Counted from the first letter of the stretch, positions 38,782 to 48,924 are shown. The stretch is 64,000 nucleotides of DNA from Anaerolineae bacterium (GCA_963675785.1 OY776562.1:1856001-1920000), one strand, 5' to 3'. Translations and numbers: made by a program. The notes: generated by a model from the sequence alone, not told the origin.

Positions 38782-39867
38782 CTAACCTCGTGTGGCTTCC
38801 AGCAGGCGCAATTCCTCGATAAAAGCCTCAGCCTCCCCAGCGGTCATGCGGTCACTGATGGTGAGCAAAAAGCCCTTGCCGCCCAGGTTGCGCACGATGT
38901 TGCGCGCCCCCTCTGCCGAAACATACAACTGGCAAAGTTTGCCGCCATCGATGATGCGCTTGAGGATATCCGGCCACGCGTCGGGCTCGGGGTTGCCTGC
39001 ACCGGGAATCCACTGAATGCCACGCAGTCGTTCGATGGAGAGCAGCAGATCGAGATGAGCAAGCTCGCCAGGGCCATCCATGTGGTAAAAACCGTGATCC
39101 AGGTGCTCGCAACAAGCTGTCAGGTCGGGCATGACAAAGCGCTCGAACATGGCCGGCGAGATCATATAAGAGAAATCGCACTGCAACATGTAACATTTGC
39201 CCGGCGACCAGATGGTGGCCCAGGGTGAGGAACCAGCACAAACGGGGCGGATCAAGTCGTACAGGGCATCGTAATAGCGTATCCAGGCCGCGGTAATCCC
39301 GCCCATCAGGCGCTCGACATCGCCTGGCGCATCGTATAGCTCCATCAACAAACCCTCAGTAGTACGAAACGAGGCCAAGATGTCGAGGTTACCGCCCAGG
39401 TCGGTATGGCCAATCTGCACTTGTCCCTGCCAGGCAGTCAGTGCCTCTTGGGTTATGTCAACTACGCGTCGCCACCAGACACTCTCTTCCGAATAGGCAA
39501 GTTCCAGTTCATTCGCTGGCAGCAATTGGGCTGGCTCGAACCAAACTGTCTCAGGCACGGGGTGCACCAGAGCGCCCATAAAGCCGGCCATGATGCCCGG
39601 ACCGAAATCCACCCAAAAGCGAGGCAATGCATCGCCGTAGAAACGCTGGGATTCCAAATGGGGCGCCGCACGAGCAATCACTTCTTCAGCAGGCATATCC
39701 AAGGGATACCCGGCCAAGCGTTCCGGCAGCTGCGGGTAAACGACGGTGGGGTCAGGCTCATATCCCTGAATCTGCACCAGGGGCCGGCCCAGATCGTGGT
39801 TCCACCAGGCAGTGTAATCGCGCTCGATGCGTTCCCAATCACGCGACGTAAAATGGATGTCGGCCAT
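38782..39867 (-). CDS. URO-D/MtaA-CmuA-like TIM-barrel protein (possible corrinoid methyltransferase)
   Basis: DFGPG, DLGGNLDILASFR, LQCDFSYMISPAMFERFVMP, YHMDG and IQWIPGAG. Confidence 0.7.
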   Translation of the reverse strand: MADIHFTSRDWERIERDYTAWWNHDLGRPLVQIQGYEPDPTVVYPQLPERLAGYPLDMPAEEVIARAAPHLESQRFYGDALPRFWVDFGPGIMAGFMGALVHPVPETVWFEPAQLLPANELELAYSEESVWWRRVVDITQEALTAWQGQVQIGHTDLGGNLDILASFRTTEGLLMELYDAPGDVERLMGGITAAWIRYYDALYDLIRPVCAGSSPWATIWSPGKCYMLQCDFSYMISPAMFERFVMPDLTACCEHLDHGFYHMDGPGELAHLDLLLSIERLRGIQWIPGAGNPEPDAWPDILKRIIDGGKLCQLYVSAEGARNIVRNLGGKGFLLTISDRMTAGEAEAFIEELRLLEATRG

Positions 39868-39912
39868 GCTGCTCGCTTTCGAAGGTTATAGACAGGATTT
39901 TGCCGTGTAGAA

Positions 39913-40302
39913 TCACCGAACTGCTTTGCCATGGCAAAGCAGTTCAATAATCTCCTCTTCGGTCTGAGGGACGTCATAATCACCAATCAATTGCCCTGGA
40001 TAGTGGTAAACAATGCCTGCGCGTTCGTTAGTCTCCATGCAATCCATGAGCTTGGTCTCGCCGTATTCACGGATGAAACGAGCAAAGGCGCGCACACGCA
40101 TTTTGTCCAGCATGGTGTCCTGGCAAGGAAACTCGACACATTCCCAACAGCCGTTCAAGCCTTTTTCCAGGCAGCACTTGCGATTCTGGCACCACTCTCG
40201 ATTCTCACAGCCATCGTTACGGCAACCGGCGCAAGTTTCGTTCTGCCCGCATACACAACAGGCCAGACCACAGTAAGCGATTCCCTTATCTCTCAGCAAC
40301 AC
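39913..40302 (-). CDS. DUF3795 Cys-rich protein
   Basis: IAYCGLAC..C, CAGCR, C..RKCC..KGLNGCWEC..FPC. Confidence 0.78.
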   Translation of the reverse strand: MLLRDKGIAYCGLACCVCGQNETCAGCRNDGCENREWCQNRKCCLEKGLNGCWECVEFPCQDTMLDKMRVRAFARFIREYGETKLMDCMETNERAGIVYHYPGQLIGDYDVPQTEEEIIELLCHGKAVR

Positions 40303-40318
40303 ACACCATTCCAGTCCA

Positions 40319-42043
40319 TCAGCTCAGCACGTAGCGGGCACGCCGCCAGGTTCGCCACCCAAGGTAGCCTGCCAAGGCGAGCACAGCCAGCAAGCCAAGC
40401 GCACGCAGCCAGGGGAAGGTTACATTTTCGGACGTGAGCACTTCCAGCGCGTCCACAGCCACACTCGCACCTTCAGTCGTGCCCTCATCGGCCAGGGTAA
40501 CCGTAATGGTATGCTGCCGCACGTCCACGCCATCGACCAGTGTCAATTGAACACTAGCCCCCAATCCCCCCGCGGGAATGTCGATATAGGTACGTCCCTG
40601 CTCGTCCTTATCCAAGCCACCAGCAGCAGCGCCATCCATAACAACGTATAGGCGCAGTGCGGCAACGGGACGTTGGATGATCATATCCAAGCGAGAACCA
40701 GAGAACGTAAAGGTGATGCTGTCTCCCGGCTCATCAGAGATCATCGCACTGCCGCCATTAGCCTGTTCATCCAGCACGGGCTGCCAGTTGCCGATGAACT
40801 TGACGGCCGGATTCGTCTCCTCATAGTGGCCCAGGGTGGGGATATCCTGCTCGGTAGCAGCCTCTTGGACTGCCAGATAGAGCGGCCGCGGCGTAAAGTC
40901 CGTATCCACCATGCGGAAGTAATACTCGGCAGATGTATCTGGGATCTGGCCTACCTGCCGGAAATACCAGACCATGAACACACCCGCCCAGGGCCATTCT
41001 TCACGAGCCATTTGAATGCCTTGCACCGTATAGGCGGCCTGTTCAGCTTCGCTAACCCGTCCCCAAACAAGCTGGTCTTCCGTAAAGCCTGCAGGAGCCG
41101 CATTCCAGCCGTATTCGTTAAACCATACGGCCTTTTCGGCGTCGCCATAACGCACCATAATCTCACGATGCAACAATACCCGCTGGAAATTCAGTACCCC
41201 GGGATCGGGAGGATCATCTGGAGAGCCGCCCATACCAAAAACGTTGGCAGAGTAGATATCAAAATAGTCGGCGGCGCCAGCCTCATACATTGCTTCCAGA
41301 TAGGTCAAGTCGTTCATCGAGCGCCACTTGCCCTCCTCGGGGTGAGCTTCTCCCAAGGTAAAGGCCAATGGCGCGCAGAGCACCTGAATATTGGGGTCTG
41401 CCTCTTTGGCGCGTGTGTAGGCTATCTGGAGCATCTCTACATACGCTTCAGGATCGACAGGTTGATTGCCCCATTCAGGATAGATGTTGGGCTCGTTCCA
41501 TATCTGGATATAGTGGATGCGCCCTTTGTAGTGAGAGACAAAGGCATACACAAAGTCGCCATAGTCTTCAAGGTTGTCAGGCGGCGCGTTAGAGATAGAG
41601 TTGTCCTCGCGCGTCCAATCAGGTGGGGAATCCAGGCGGGCAACGACTTGCAGCCCTTGGGCCTCACAGGCCGTCACAATAGCGTCATACTTGGCCCAGC
41701 TATCGGTGTTCGTCCCCGGAACCAAGAATTCGCCCTGACGCGTTGGCTCTATCTCTGCCCAAGAGAACTGTTGCTTGACCCAGCCAAGCCCTGCCTCCGA
41801 AGCCATCTCCAGGGTAAGGTCGCGCTTCCAGGTTTCCACCTCGCGTTCGAGGAAAAAGTTGGCCCCATAAGGATTAAGGTCCGTGTTGGCAATAGTTCTT
41901 GCCTGCACGGCAGTTTCATCGTCCGGGGTTTGCCCAAGGTAATCCGCGATCGTCAGACCCAGGAGCGCAATAGCTGCGGCGCCCACAATGATGATAATGG
42001 CCAACCTGATACGCCAAAGTGTCGGCATTGTTCGTTCTGCCAA
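40319..42043 (-). CDS. Membrane-anchored clan GH-A glycoside hydrolase (GH5/GH39-like) with CBM-like C-domain
   Basis: IWNEPN (acid/base) and WFNEYGW (nucleophile); N-terminal and C-terminal TM helices. Confidence 0.8.
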   Translation of the reverse strand: MAERTMPTLWRIRLAIIIIVGAAAIALLGLTIADYLGQTPDDETAVQARTIANTDLNPYGANFFLEREVETWKRDLTLEMASEAGLGWVKQQFSWAEIEPTRQGEFLVPGTNTDSWAKYDAIVTACEAQGLQVVARLDSPPDWTREDNSISNAPPDNLEDYGDFVYAFVSHYKGRIHYIQIWNEPNIYPEWGNQPVDPEAYVEMLQIAYTRAKEADPNIQVLCAPLAFTLGEAHPEEGKWRSMNDLTYLEAMYEAGAADYFDIYSANVFGMGGSPDDPPDPGVLNFQRVLLHREIMVRYGDAEKAVWFNEYGWNAAPAGFTEDQLVWGRVSEAEQAAYTVQGIQMAREEWPWAGVFMVWYFRQVGQIPDTSAEYYFRMVDTDFTPRPLYLAVQEAATEQDIPTLGHYEETNPAVKFIGNWQPVLDEQANGGSAMISDEPGDSITFTFSGSRLDMIIQRPVAALRLYVVMDGAAAGGLDKDEQGRTYIDIPAGGLGASVQLTLVDGVDVRQHTITVTLADEGTTEGASVAVDALEVLTSENVTFPWLRALGLLAVLALAGYLGWRTWRRARYVLS

Positions 42044-42072
42044 TGCAGTCTCCTCTATATAGATACCAAGAG

Positions 42073-42102
42073 ATTATAGGTTTGGCCTATCCTACGTGTC
42101 AA
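42073..42102 (-). promoter_or_regulatory. Consensus sigma70 promoter for the glycoside hydrolase
   Basis: Minus strand TTGACA-N18-TATAAT. Confidence 0.7.
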
Positions 42103-42205
42103 CGCTGCACAAAGCAGTTGTTACACCCATTGCGCATGACAAGAGCAAGGCGATATGTTACAATTGCGCAACAGGTGGGGCTTTAACCACATCATGAGGG
42201 AGACC

Positions 42206-45200
42206 ATGCCGCCTGAGCAGCCCGAACGCATCGATATTGATCTTAACGTTCTGCCGCCCGAGTTTCGTCGGCGCCAGATCAGCCCAATCTTTATGCTGCT
42301 CTGGGTTCTATCGGGTATCTTGTTGGTTGCGTCTATAAGCAGCCTCATTATCCGGCAGACGAGCACCTCTTCCGCAGCTGAGCTTCAAACGCAAATAGCT
42401 CAGATACGCATTACCTCCGATTCACTCAATACACCATCGACAGAGCTTGTCGAACTTTCGAATGAATTGGCCCAGGTTGAAACCGATTTGGCAGATCTCG
42501 AGGCACTATCAGCCACAGTGCTTGGCGCTCGTCCAGATTGGGAAGCAATTGGTGCAGCACTTCTCCAATATGATTCGGGCGCTCTGACCATCAGCGAGAT
42601 GGTACAAAATGGCAGCAATCTAAGTGTTAGCGGCAGTGCCGCCTCACGGAATGATGTGCTAACCTATGCGACCTGGCTCGAAGAAAGCAATGTCTTTGAC
42701 AACGTGCTGATCCAATCCATGGTCGACATGGAAGGCCCATTTGTCACGCCAACGCCAGCCGTGCAGACTGGCCAGACGCCGGTTCAAAGCGGAACCTCCG
42801 TCCTTACGACAACCCCTCAGGCCACGTCCAGCCCTTATGATGGATACGAGGCCGACGACTATGACCCGCAGCCCATCTCGATCAACGAAACCCAGTGGCA
42901 CAGCTTTAGTCCAATTTACGATATCGATCAGGTTACCTTTACCGGCAAAGCTGGACGCCGTTATTGCATCTTGGCCCTGCCGCAGAGCTCCGGAGTCGAT
43001 ACAACCCTGCTGGTCACCATAGGCGACTCTTCGTACTATAACGACGATTGTTTTCCTGATACCTCAGAGCCCCTGGCCTGTGATTGCCCTACAGGCACCT
43101 TTACAGCCACAAGAGCATCCATGGTCGAGGTACAAATTGACGATGACGAGGATCAACTCGTCAGTATTCTGGTCAGCAACAACGGTGAGTACGGCGCGGA
43201 CCAGTGGTACACCCTATTTGTCTCTGAATCAACCGGCGACGCCTACGAGGACGACGATATACAGGCCAAAACAATTGCCACCGGGGAAACGCAGCTGCAC
43301 ACTTTTTACCCAGATGGCGACATAGATCGAGTGACATTCTCCATCAAGCAGGGACGAGCATACGAAATTCGCACCACTGATCTTACTCTGGGCTTGGATA
43401 CGGTCATCACAGTCTCTGCCAACGGCACTACGTTCGAGAATGATGATGTTACCCCCGGCGATCGCTCATCCAGCGTCACTTTTACGGCTACAGCCGATGG
43501 GAATGCCCAAGTGCTGGTTATGAACGCCGGGCAATTTGGTTTAAACATGTCCTACAATCTCCAGGTTCTGGAGGTGGGCGGTGATGCTTACGAGATGGAT
43601 GACTATGTACCCGCCTCAATCTCGCCAGGAGAGGAACAAGAACACAGCTTTTATCCTGATAATGATATCGACCGCCTAACTTTTAACGTCAAAGCGGGAA
43701 ACACCTACGCGCTCAGTACCTACAGCCTGACCGTTGGCGTTGATACTGTTGTTTCGGTTCTGTACAACGGACAGGTTTACCAGAACGACGATGCCACCTC
43801 GACCAATCGCAATTCGTCTGTTCAGTTCAGTGCATCTCAGAGCGGCACAGCGCTGGTTACGATTACCAATCTTGATCGCTATGGCTCTGACAAGCTATAT
43901 TGGGTTACACTCACTGAATCTGGCACAGTAGCAACGCCAGGCACATCGCTTTATACTCCAACGCCAACCTGTGCAGATGCCTATGAACCGGATGACATCA
44001 TTCCCTACAGCATCCTCGTTAACCAATCTTACGAACACACCCTGTGCAGCACTGGCGATATCGACCGGGCCGTCTTTACGGCCAAAGCCGGCTATGCCTA
44101 CATCATCGAGACCACGGACCTAGGGGCCAGTGCGGATACAGTGATTACGGCGCTCATTGGCCAGCAACAAAGTAGCAATGATGATCGCAGTCCGCAAGAC
44201 CTGAGCTCTCGCCTAGAAGTACAAAACAACACGACCTCTGACCAGCCAGTTTATATCACTATTACAAACCAGGGCTACTATGACGAGAACAGCAGCTATA
44301 CACTGACTGTGAGCAATGCCGGAGTTGGTGATGATTATGAGCCAGATGATGATTCACCAACTTCTATCACGCCAGGAATTCAGCAAAAACATACCTTTTA
44401 CCCGCCAGGAGATGTAGATTCGGTACAATTCACGGCAAAATCGGGACATCGTTACCGAATCTTTACGTCCAGTGAGTCCAGTTTGGTAGATACTGAAATA
44501 GTTGTCACCATGGGTAGTGTTACCCTGCGGAACGATGATCGTATTCCGGGTGATGTGACATCCTACATCGAGTTGCAGAACGATGAGGCCGCCAATCTAG
44601 TTGTCACGGTGACCATCTTTAACAAGGGGGACGACGATCCTGATGCAACATATACGTTGCAGGTTGATGATATGGGCACAACGGGGTCCGATAGTTACGA
44701 GCCGGATATGACGTCAATCCAATACCTCTCGGTAGGTGAGATTCAATATCACACCTTCTACCCCGATGAGGATGTCGACCGCGTGTTCATGCAAGTCAAA
44801 GCGGGGCGTCGCTATGCGGTGTACACCTGCGGTAACCCTTACCAAAGCGCCAGCACGCCTATACCAACAACGACACCTTACTCATCGACACTAGATTTAT
44901 GTATGCCGTTGGTGCCAGGTGTCGATACAGTAATCCGCGTTCAGGGTGAAGTACAGAGCTGCAGTCCGTCTGGTTGCGTGAGCGACGATATCTATGCTGG
45001 TTCTGGCTATTTGAACTCCCGGGTCGAATTTGAAGCCATTTCTGATGGCTTGGTGGTTATCTATATTGAAAACGAAGGATTATACGGAGAAACGCGAGAA
45101 TACTATTTGCTAGCTGATGAAATCGGGGCCAGTATCACCACACCCGTTCCGACAACTGCGGCTAGTCTGCACAAAACTGACATCAAGTTGTGCTCCAATA

Positions 45201-45313
45201 TCTCGCGACCAGACATCGAACCCATAAGAAAATCGCAAGACACGCAAACGTCGAGTCAAGGGGTAGGCGTCAGTTTCACACTTTTGCTGGAATTGCGGGA
45301 GGTTGAGCCATGA
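42206..45313 (+). CDS. PilN-like type IV pilus assembly protein with six inserted PPC-like repeats
   Basis: IDLNVLP (PilM-binding INLLP motif), TM, coiled coil, RPDW...LSVSGSAASRNDVLTYATWLEESNVFDNV, repeat array, terminal VSFTLLLEL; start ATG 42206 (GAGGGAG RBS). Confidence 0.78.
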   Translation: MPPEQPERIDIDLNVLPPEFRRRQISPIFMLLWVLSGILLVASISSLIIRQTSTSSAAELQTQIAQIRITSDSLNTPSTELVELSNELAQVETDLADLEALSATVLGARPDWEAIGAALLQYDSGALTISEMVQNGSNLSVSGSAASRNDVLTYATWLEESNVFDNVLIQSMVDMEGPFVTPTPAVQTGQTPVQSGTSVLTTTPQATSSPYDGYEADDYDPQPISINETQWHSFSPIYDIDQVTFTGKAGRRYCILALPQSSGVDTTLLVTIGDSSYYNDDCFPDTSEPLACDCPTGTFTATRASMVEVQIDDDEDQLVSILVSNNGEYGADQWYTLFVSESTGDAYEDDDIQAKTIATGETQLHTFYPDGDIDRVTFSIKQGRAYEIRTTDLTLGLDTVITVSANGTTFENDDVTPGDRSSSVTFTATADGNAQVLVMNAGQFGLNMSYNLQVLEVGGDAYEMDDYVPASISPGEEQEHSFYPDNDIDRLTFNVKAGNTYALSTYSLTVGVDTVVSVLYNGQVYQNDDATSTNRNSSVQFSASQSGTALVTITNLDRYGSDKLYWVTLTESGTVATPGTSLYTPTPTCADAYEPDDIIPYSILVNQSYEHTLCSTGDIDRAVFTAKAGYAYIIETTDLGASADTVITALIGQQQSSNDDRSPQDLSSRLEVQNNTTSDQPVYITITNQGYYDENSSYTLTVSNAGVGDDYEPDDDSPTSITPGIQQKHTFYPPGDVDSVQFTAKSGHRYRIFTSSESSLVDTEIVVTMGSVTLRNDDRIPGDVTSYIELQNDEAANLVVTVTIFNKGDDDPDATYTLQVDDMGTTGSDSYEPDMTSIQYLSVGEIQYHTFYPDEDVDRVFMQVKAGRRYAVYTCGNPYQSASTPIPTTTPYSSTLDLCMPLVPGVDTVIRVQGEVQSCSPSGCVSDDIYAGSGYLNSRVEFEAISDGLVVIYIENEGLYGETREYYLLADEIGASITTPVPTTAASLHKTDIKLCSNISRPDIEPIRKSQDTQTSSQGVGVSFTLLLELREVEP
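42839..45125 (+). repeat. Six tandem ~115-145 aa acidic beta-sandwich (PPC-like) repeats
   Basis: Consensus D.YE.DD....I..G..Q.H(T/S)FYP..D(I/V)D...F..KAG..Y...DT.......NDD....S.V; units start near 42839, 43235, 43580, 43973, 44327 and 44687. Confidence 0.9.
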
Positions 45314-45957
45314 ACATGGATATCAAGGACCTCCCTCGAATTTGGCAAGAACTGAACAAGACATTGGTCTATACTATTGTGGCAGCAGTCGTTGCGCTAA
45401 CAATGACCGCACTGACGCTCCCGAGAGCCATTACAGCTATCTCGGAAAAAAGTGCTGTACAGGCCGAGTATGACCAGTTGTACAGCAGCGTTCAGCAGCG
45501 GATTACTCTACTCAATAGCCAACCCCAAGTATTACAGCAGAATATTGAAGAAACCATTGTAGAAGCCCAGGCCCTTGCAATAGAACTGGCCACGGCTGAA
45601 CAGGCCAACGCCGTAATGGCTGGTCTTTATAACAAAGCCACGCAGGCCGGCGTCTCTGTGACGCGAATTGACCCCATCACCGAGCTACAGGGTGATGATG
45701 CTGTCGAGATTTTTGCTTATGACAAGCAACAAGTGGTTGTTGAAGCTGTTGGTACAGCACAGAATTTGATTCTCTTTCTTGAGCTTGTATCTGACTTTGG
45801 TGTTCCAAGCTATCATGTCGAGGATGTTGCCATGTCATCTGATACAAGCTTGGTACTTTCGTTTGATGTTATTGGCTATTCATCAGACTATGCAGGTGCC
45901 ACGGCAATCGCTTTGGCCCAAACGGGCGATTTGATTGTCGCAAAAGTATGGAGGTAA
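45310..45957 (+). CDS. PilO-like type IV pilus assembly protein
   Basis: TM plus coiled coil, then LYNKATQAGVSVTRI...VEAVGTAQNLILFLELV, a GspM/PilO-like pattern; ATGA overlap with pilN. Confidence 0.65.
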   Translation: MNMDIKDLPRIWQELNKTLVYTIVAAVVALTMTALTLPRAITAISEKSAVQAEYDQLYSSVQQRITLLNSQPQVLQQNIEETIVEAQALAIELATAEQANAVMAGLYNKATQAGVSVTRIDPITELQGDDAVEIFAYDKQQVVVEAVGTAQNLILFLELVSDFGVPSYHVEDVAMSSDTSLVLSFDVIGYSSDYAGATAIALAQTGDLIVAKVWR

Positions 45958-45961
45958 TGCC

Positions 45962-47077
45962 ATGAAACAGCGGCGCCATATAACTCTGAATGCGCTGGCC
46001 ATCGGCCTGGCGTTAATCATAATGACCCTGGCACCCTCAGCGACAGCCCCTCGCGTTTTGGCCCAGGACACTGCTACAGCTACTGCTACATCGAGCAGCC
46101 TGACCGAACAATTGGATGCCGCCTGGAGTCTTCAGGATTGGGTGGAGGTTTTACGCCTGCTGGATCTCATTGAAGTACAAGACCCTAGCTACTCAGAGTT
46201 AGAAGACAAACGGTATTTCGCTTATGTCAACTATGGCTATGAGCTGATGACGCAGAATAAATGCACCGAGTCACTTTCTGCGTTTCGTAACGCTTTACTG
46301 GTTCGTTCTGATGGGGATGAAGCCGAAGCAGGCCTTGAGCTGTTGGAACGCTATTGCACAACACCCATTCCCGGAACTGCGACACCTACAACACCGGCCT
46401 CATCTGCCACAAGCACGCCCGTACCCAGCAACGGCACAACGACATCATACACTGTCCAATCGGGCGATACGCTCTACAGTTTGGCCAAGACCTACGGCGT
46501 AACCGTCCAAGAGATTATGCAGGCCAACGGATTGAACTCGTACTTTATTCGTACAGGGCAGACACTGATTATTCCTGCAGAGGAGAGCGATCCTACTGAA
46601 GTCCGGGTGCACATAGTTCAGCCCGGCGAAACACTGTTCCATGTGGCCAACCAGTATGACACGACCGTCTCGGCGATCATGTCATTGAACGGACTTACCA
46701 GCTATAGTATTTGGGCCTACCAAGCGCTTTACATACCTGCTGCCGAACAACCGGACATGATTTTGCATACGGTAGCCGCAGGGGAAACCCTCTACAGCAT
46801 CGCCAAGGAATATGGCGTTTCTCTGGCTATGTTGATGAAGGCCAACGGTTTGGAAAACTATACCATTTATATTTATCAGCAAATCGCCATACCACCCGAA
46901 GACTGGTCTGGCGATCTGGTAACCACCCCAACCACAGCAACGACCCATCTGGTGGTTGCAGGGGATACTCTGTTTAGCATTGCCCGCACCTATGGCACGA
47001 CAGTCACAGCTCTCAAGAGCGCGAATGGGCTCGGGTCATCGACGATTTATGCGGGCGACACTCTGCGCATACCCTAG
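45962..47077 (+). CDS. Secreted protein with a helical/TPR-like N-domain and four LysM domains
   Basis: Signal peptide (VLA-Q); four V..G(D/E)TL..(I/L/V)A..Y......NGL....I.....L/I.IP units; GGAGG RBS. Confidence 0.88.
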   Translation: MKQRRHITLNALAIGLALIIMTLAPSATAPRVLAQDTATATATSSSLTEQLDAAWSLQDWVEVLRLLDLIEVQDPSYSELEDKRYFAYVNYGYELMTQNKCTESLSAFRNALLVRSDGDEAEAGLELLERYCTTPIPGTATPTTPASSATSTPVPSNGTTTSYTVQSGDTLYSLAKTYGVTVQEIMQANGLNSYFIRTGQTLIIPAEESDPTEVRVHIVQPGETLFHVANQYDTTVSAIMSLNGLTSYSIWAYQALYIPAAEQPDMILHTVAAGETLYSIAKEYGVSLAMLMKANGLENYTIYIYQQIAIPPEDWSGDLVTTPTTATTHLVVAGDTLFSIARTYGTTVTALKSANGLGSSTIYAGDTLRIP

Positions 47078-47085
47078 AAAGCGAT

Positions 47086-47967
47086 ATGGCCAAAAATCGC
47101 GCCATTACGACAATCAGTATAGATGCTACAAGCATCAAGTTCTTGACCGCACTGCAAGGGCACGTGGAGCAGTTTGGTAGCGTACAATTGCCTTTGGGTC
47201 TCATTATAGAAGGTTTGGTTACGGATACCGCCGAGTTGGGGCGTATTCTTGATCTTTTAATTCGCGAGCATGATCTCGGGCGTGAGGAGATCATTGTGGG
47301 AATTGATGCAATCCGCTCAATTCCGCGCATTTTGACGTTGCCCAACGTACAGAGCAATCTGCTGGAGCAAACCATCCAGCGAACAGCACGCAAAGAGATG
47401 CCCGTTTCGGTCGATACACTTTATCTTTCCTGGCAAGAACTGCCGGCCGGTGCGGATGAAAAACGTATCTATGTCGTGGGTGTACCACGCGACAGTGTGG
47501 ATTCGCACGTGGCCGCCCTTCAGAACGCCTCCATCAAGCCCTATTTGATGGATTTGCGGCCGCTGGCCCTCGTGAGAGCCATTGGACAAAAAGATGCTGT
47601 CATTCTCTCGCTGGAGCCGCGTGTACTCGATATCATACTGGTAGCGAACTGGATACCCATCATCGTGCGTACCTTTGACGTCGATGCATCAGTACGTTCA
47701 ATCGAAGATCGTGTTCAATTGCTTTCGAGTGAAACCGGTCAGACAATCCGATACTATAACGACAGCCACCGAGAACATGTGCTTGGCGTGGAAACACCGC
47801 TTTATTTTACCGGCAATCTCGCTCAATCGCCCGGCTTGGTGGATGCGTTGGTTAACGAGATGAATCGGCCCGTATCGCTTCCAGAATCACCGATGCCCTG
47901 TCCGGCCGAGATGCCCGTTCCTGTTTACATGACGAATATTGGCCTTGCACTCAAGAAAAGAGTTTGA
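47086..47967 (+). CDS. pilM: PilM-like actin-family pilus assembly protein
   Basis: ISIDATSIK, LPLGLIIEGLVTD, RILTLP, EMPVSVDTLYLSW, MDLRPLALVRA, TIRYY, YFTG and NIGLALK. Confidence 0.78.
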   Translation: MAKNRAITTISIDATSIKFLTALQGHVEQFGSVQLPLGLIIEGLVTDTAELGRILDLLIREHDLGREEIIVGIDAIRSIPRILTLPNVQSNLLEQTIQRTARKEMPVSVDTLYLSWQELPAGADEKRIYVVGVPRDSVDSHVAALQNASIKPYLMDLRPLALVRAIGQKDAVILSLEPRVLDIILVANWIPIIVRTFDVDASVRSIEDRVQLLSSETGQTIRYYNDSHREHVLGVETPLYFTGNLAQSPGLVDALVNEMNRPVSLPESPMPCPAEMPVPVYMTNIGLALKKRV

Positions 47968-48896
47968 GCCGTGGACTTGATTGTTTGCAATTTGAGCAAA
48001 ATCTGATGAGCATCTCGCCGGAAACGGGGAATATTATCATCGGAATCATGTTCGCAATGATCGGTGGCGTCATCGGTAGCTTTTGCAACGTTCTGGCAGA
48101 TCGAATTCCTGCCGGCAAGAGCATCTGGCAACCACCTTCCCATTGCGATGGCTGTGGTCGCCGACTCACGCCAATGGAGATGGTGCCCGTATTCAGCTAT
48201 TTGGTGTTGCGAGGTCGCTGTCGAACTTGCGGGCAGCGCGTACCAAAAAGGGTACTTTGGGTTGAACTCATCACTGCAGGTTTGTTCGCTTTGATATGGT
48301 TCCAAGTAGGGCCGCAAACATGGCTCGAACTGGGTCCGCTCATGATACCCGTTGAGCCATTGGCAACCATGGCGATAACAACCGTGCTAGTGGCACTCTT
48401 TATAACCGATATGGAACAACAGCTACTGCCCTCCAGCATTATCTATACGGGATTGGGGCTTGCTGTAATCTTGGCATTGTTGAGATATGCTGCTGGGGGC
48501 TTTCGTATTAGTCATTATGGCCTCATTGCAGTGCTATGGCCGCAGTTAGTAGTCGAACACGGTTGGAGTTTTTTGACACTTGATTTAATAAGCCAACCTG
48601 CCGGAATGATCATCGGTTTTGCACTGTTCTGGTTGATTTGGCGCATATCTCGCGGTGGCATGGGATATGGCGACGTACGCCTGGCGGCGCTGTGTGGTCT
48701 TGTTCTCGGCGCGCCTGGTATTATTGCTGCTTCCATGGCCTCCTTTGTGTTAGGAGGGCTAGCCGCCGTTGTCGTACTCGTAAGCCGACGAGGGAACATG
48801 AAAACTGCCATTCCCTTTGGCCCATTCCTGATCCTCACAAGCTTTGTCTGGATGGTGTGGGGAAATGAATTGATGAAAAGCTATCTCGGCATTTAG
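47964..48896 (+). CDS. pilD: Prepilin peptidase (A24A)
   Basis: GSFCNVLADRIP, SHCDGC, VPVFSYLVLRGRCRTC, ITD, GMGYGDVRL and IPFGPFL; alternative start ATG 48006. Confidence 0.93.
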   Translation: MSRGLDCLQFEQNLMSISPETGNIIIGIMFAMIGGVIGSFCNVLADRIPAGKSIWQPPSHCDGCGRRLTPMEMVPVFSYLVLRGRCRTCGQRVPKRVLWVELITAGLFALIWFQVGPQTWLELGPLMIPVEPLATMAITTVLVALFITDMEQQLLPSSIIYTGLGLAVILALLRYAAGGFRISHYGLIAVLWPQLVVEHGWSFLTLDLISQPAGMIIGFALFWLIWRISRGGMGYGDVRLAALCGLVLGAPGIIAASMASFVLGGLAAVVVLVSRRGNMKTAIPFGPFLILTSFVWMVWGNELMKSYLGI

Positions 48897-48924
48897 CAGC
48901 TTGTCATAGAGAGGAAACAATCCA

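Noticed and set aside
40673-42079. 468-aa plus-strand ORF antisense to the glycoside hydrolase
   Set aside because: Shadow ORF with no recognisable motifs; the opposite strand carries clear GH-A catalytic motifs and a promoter.
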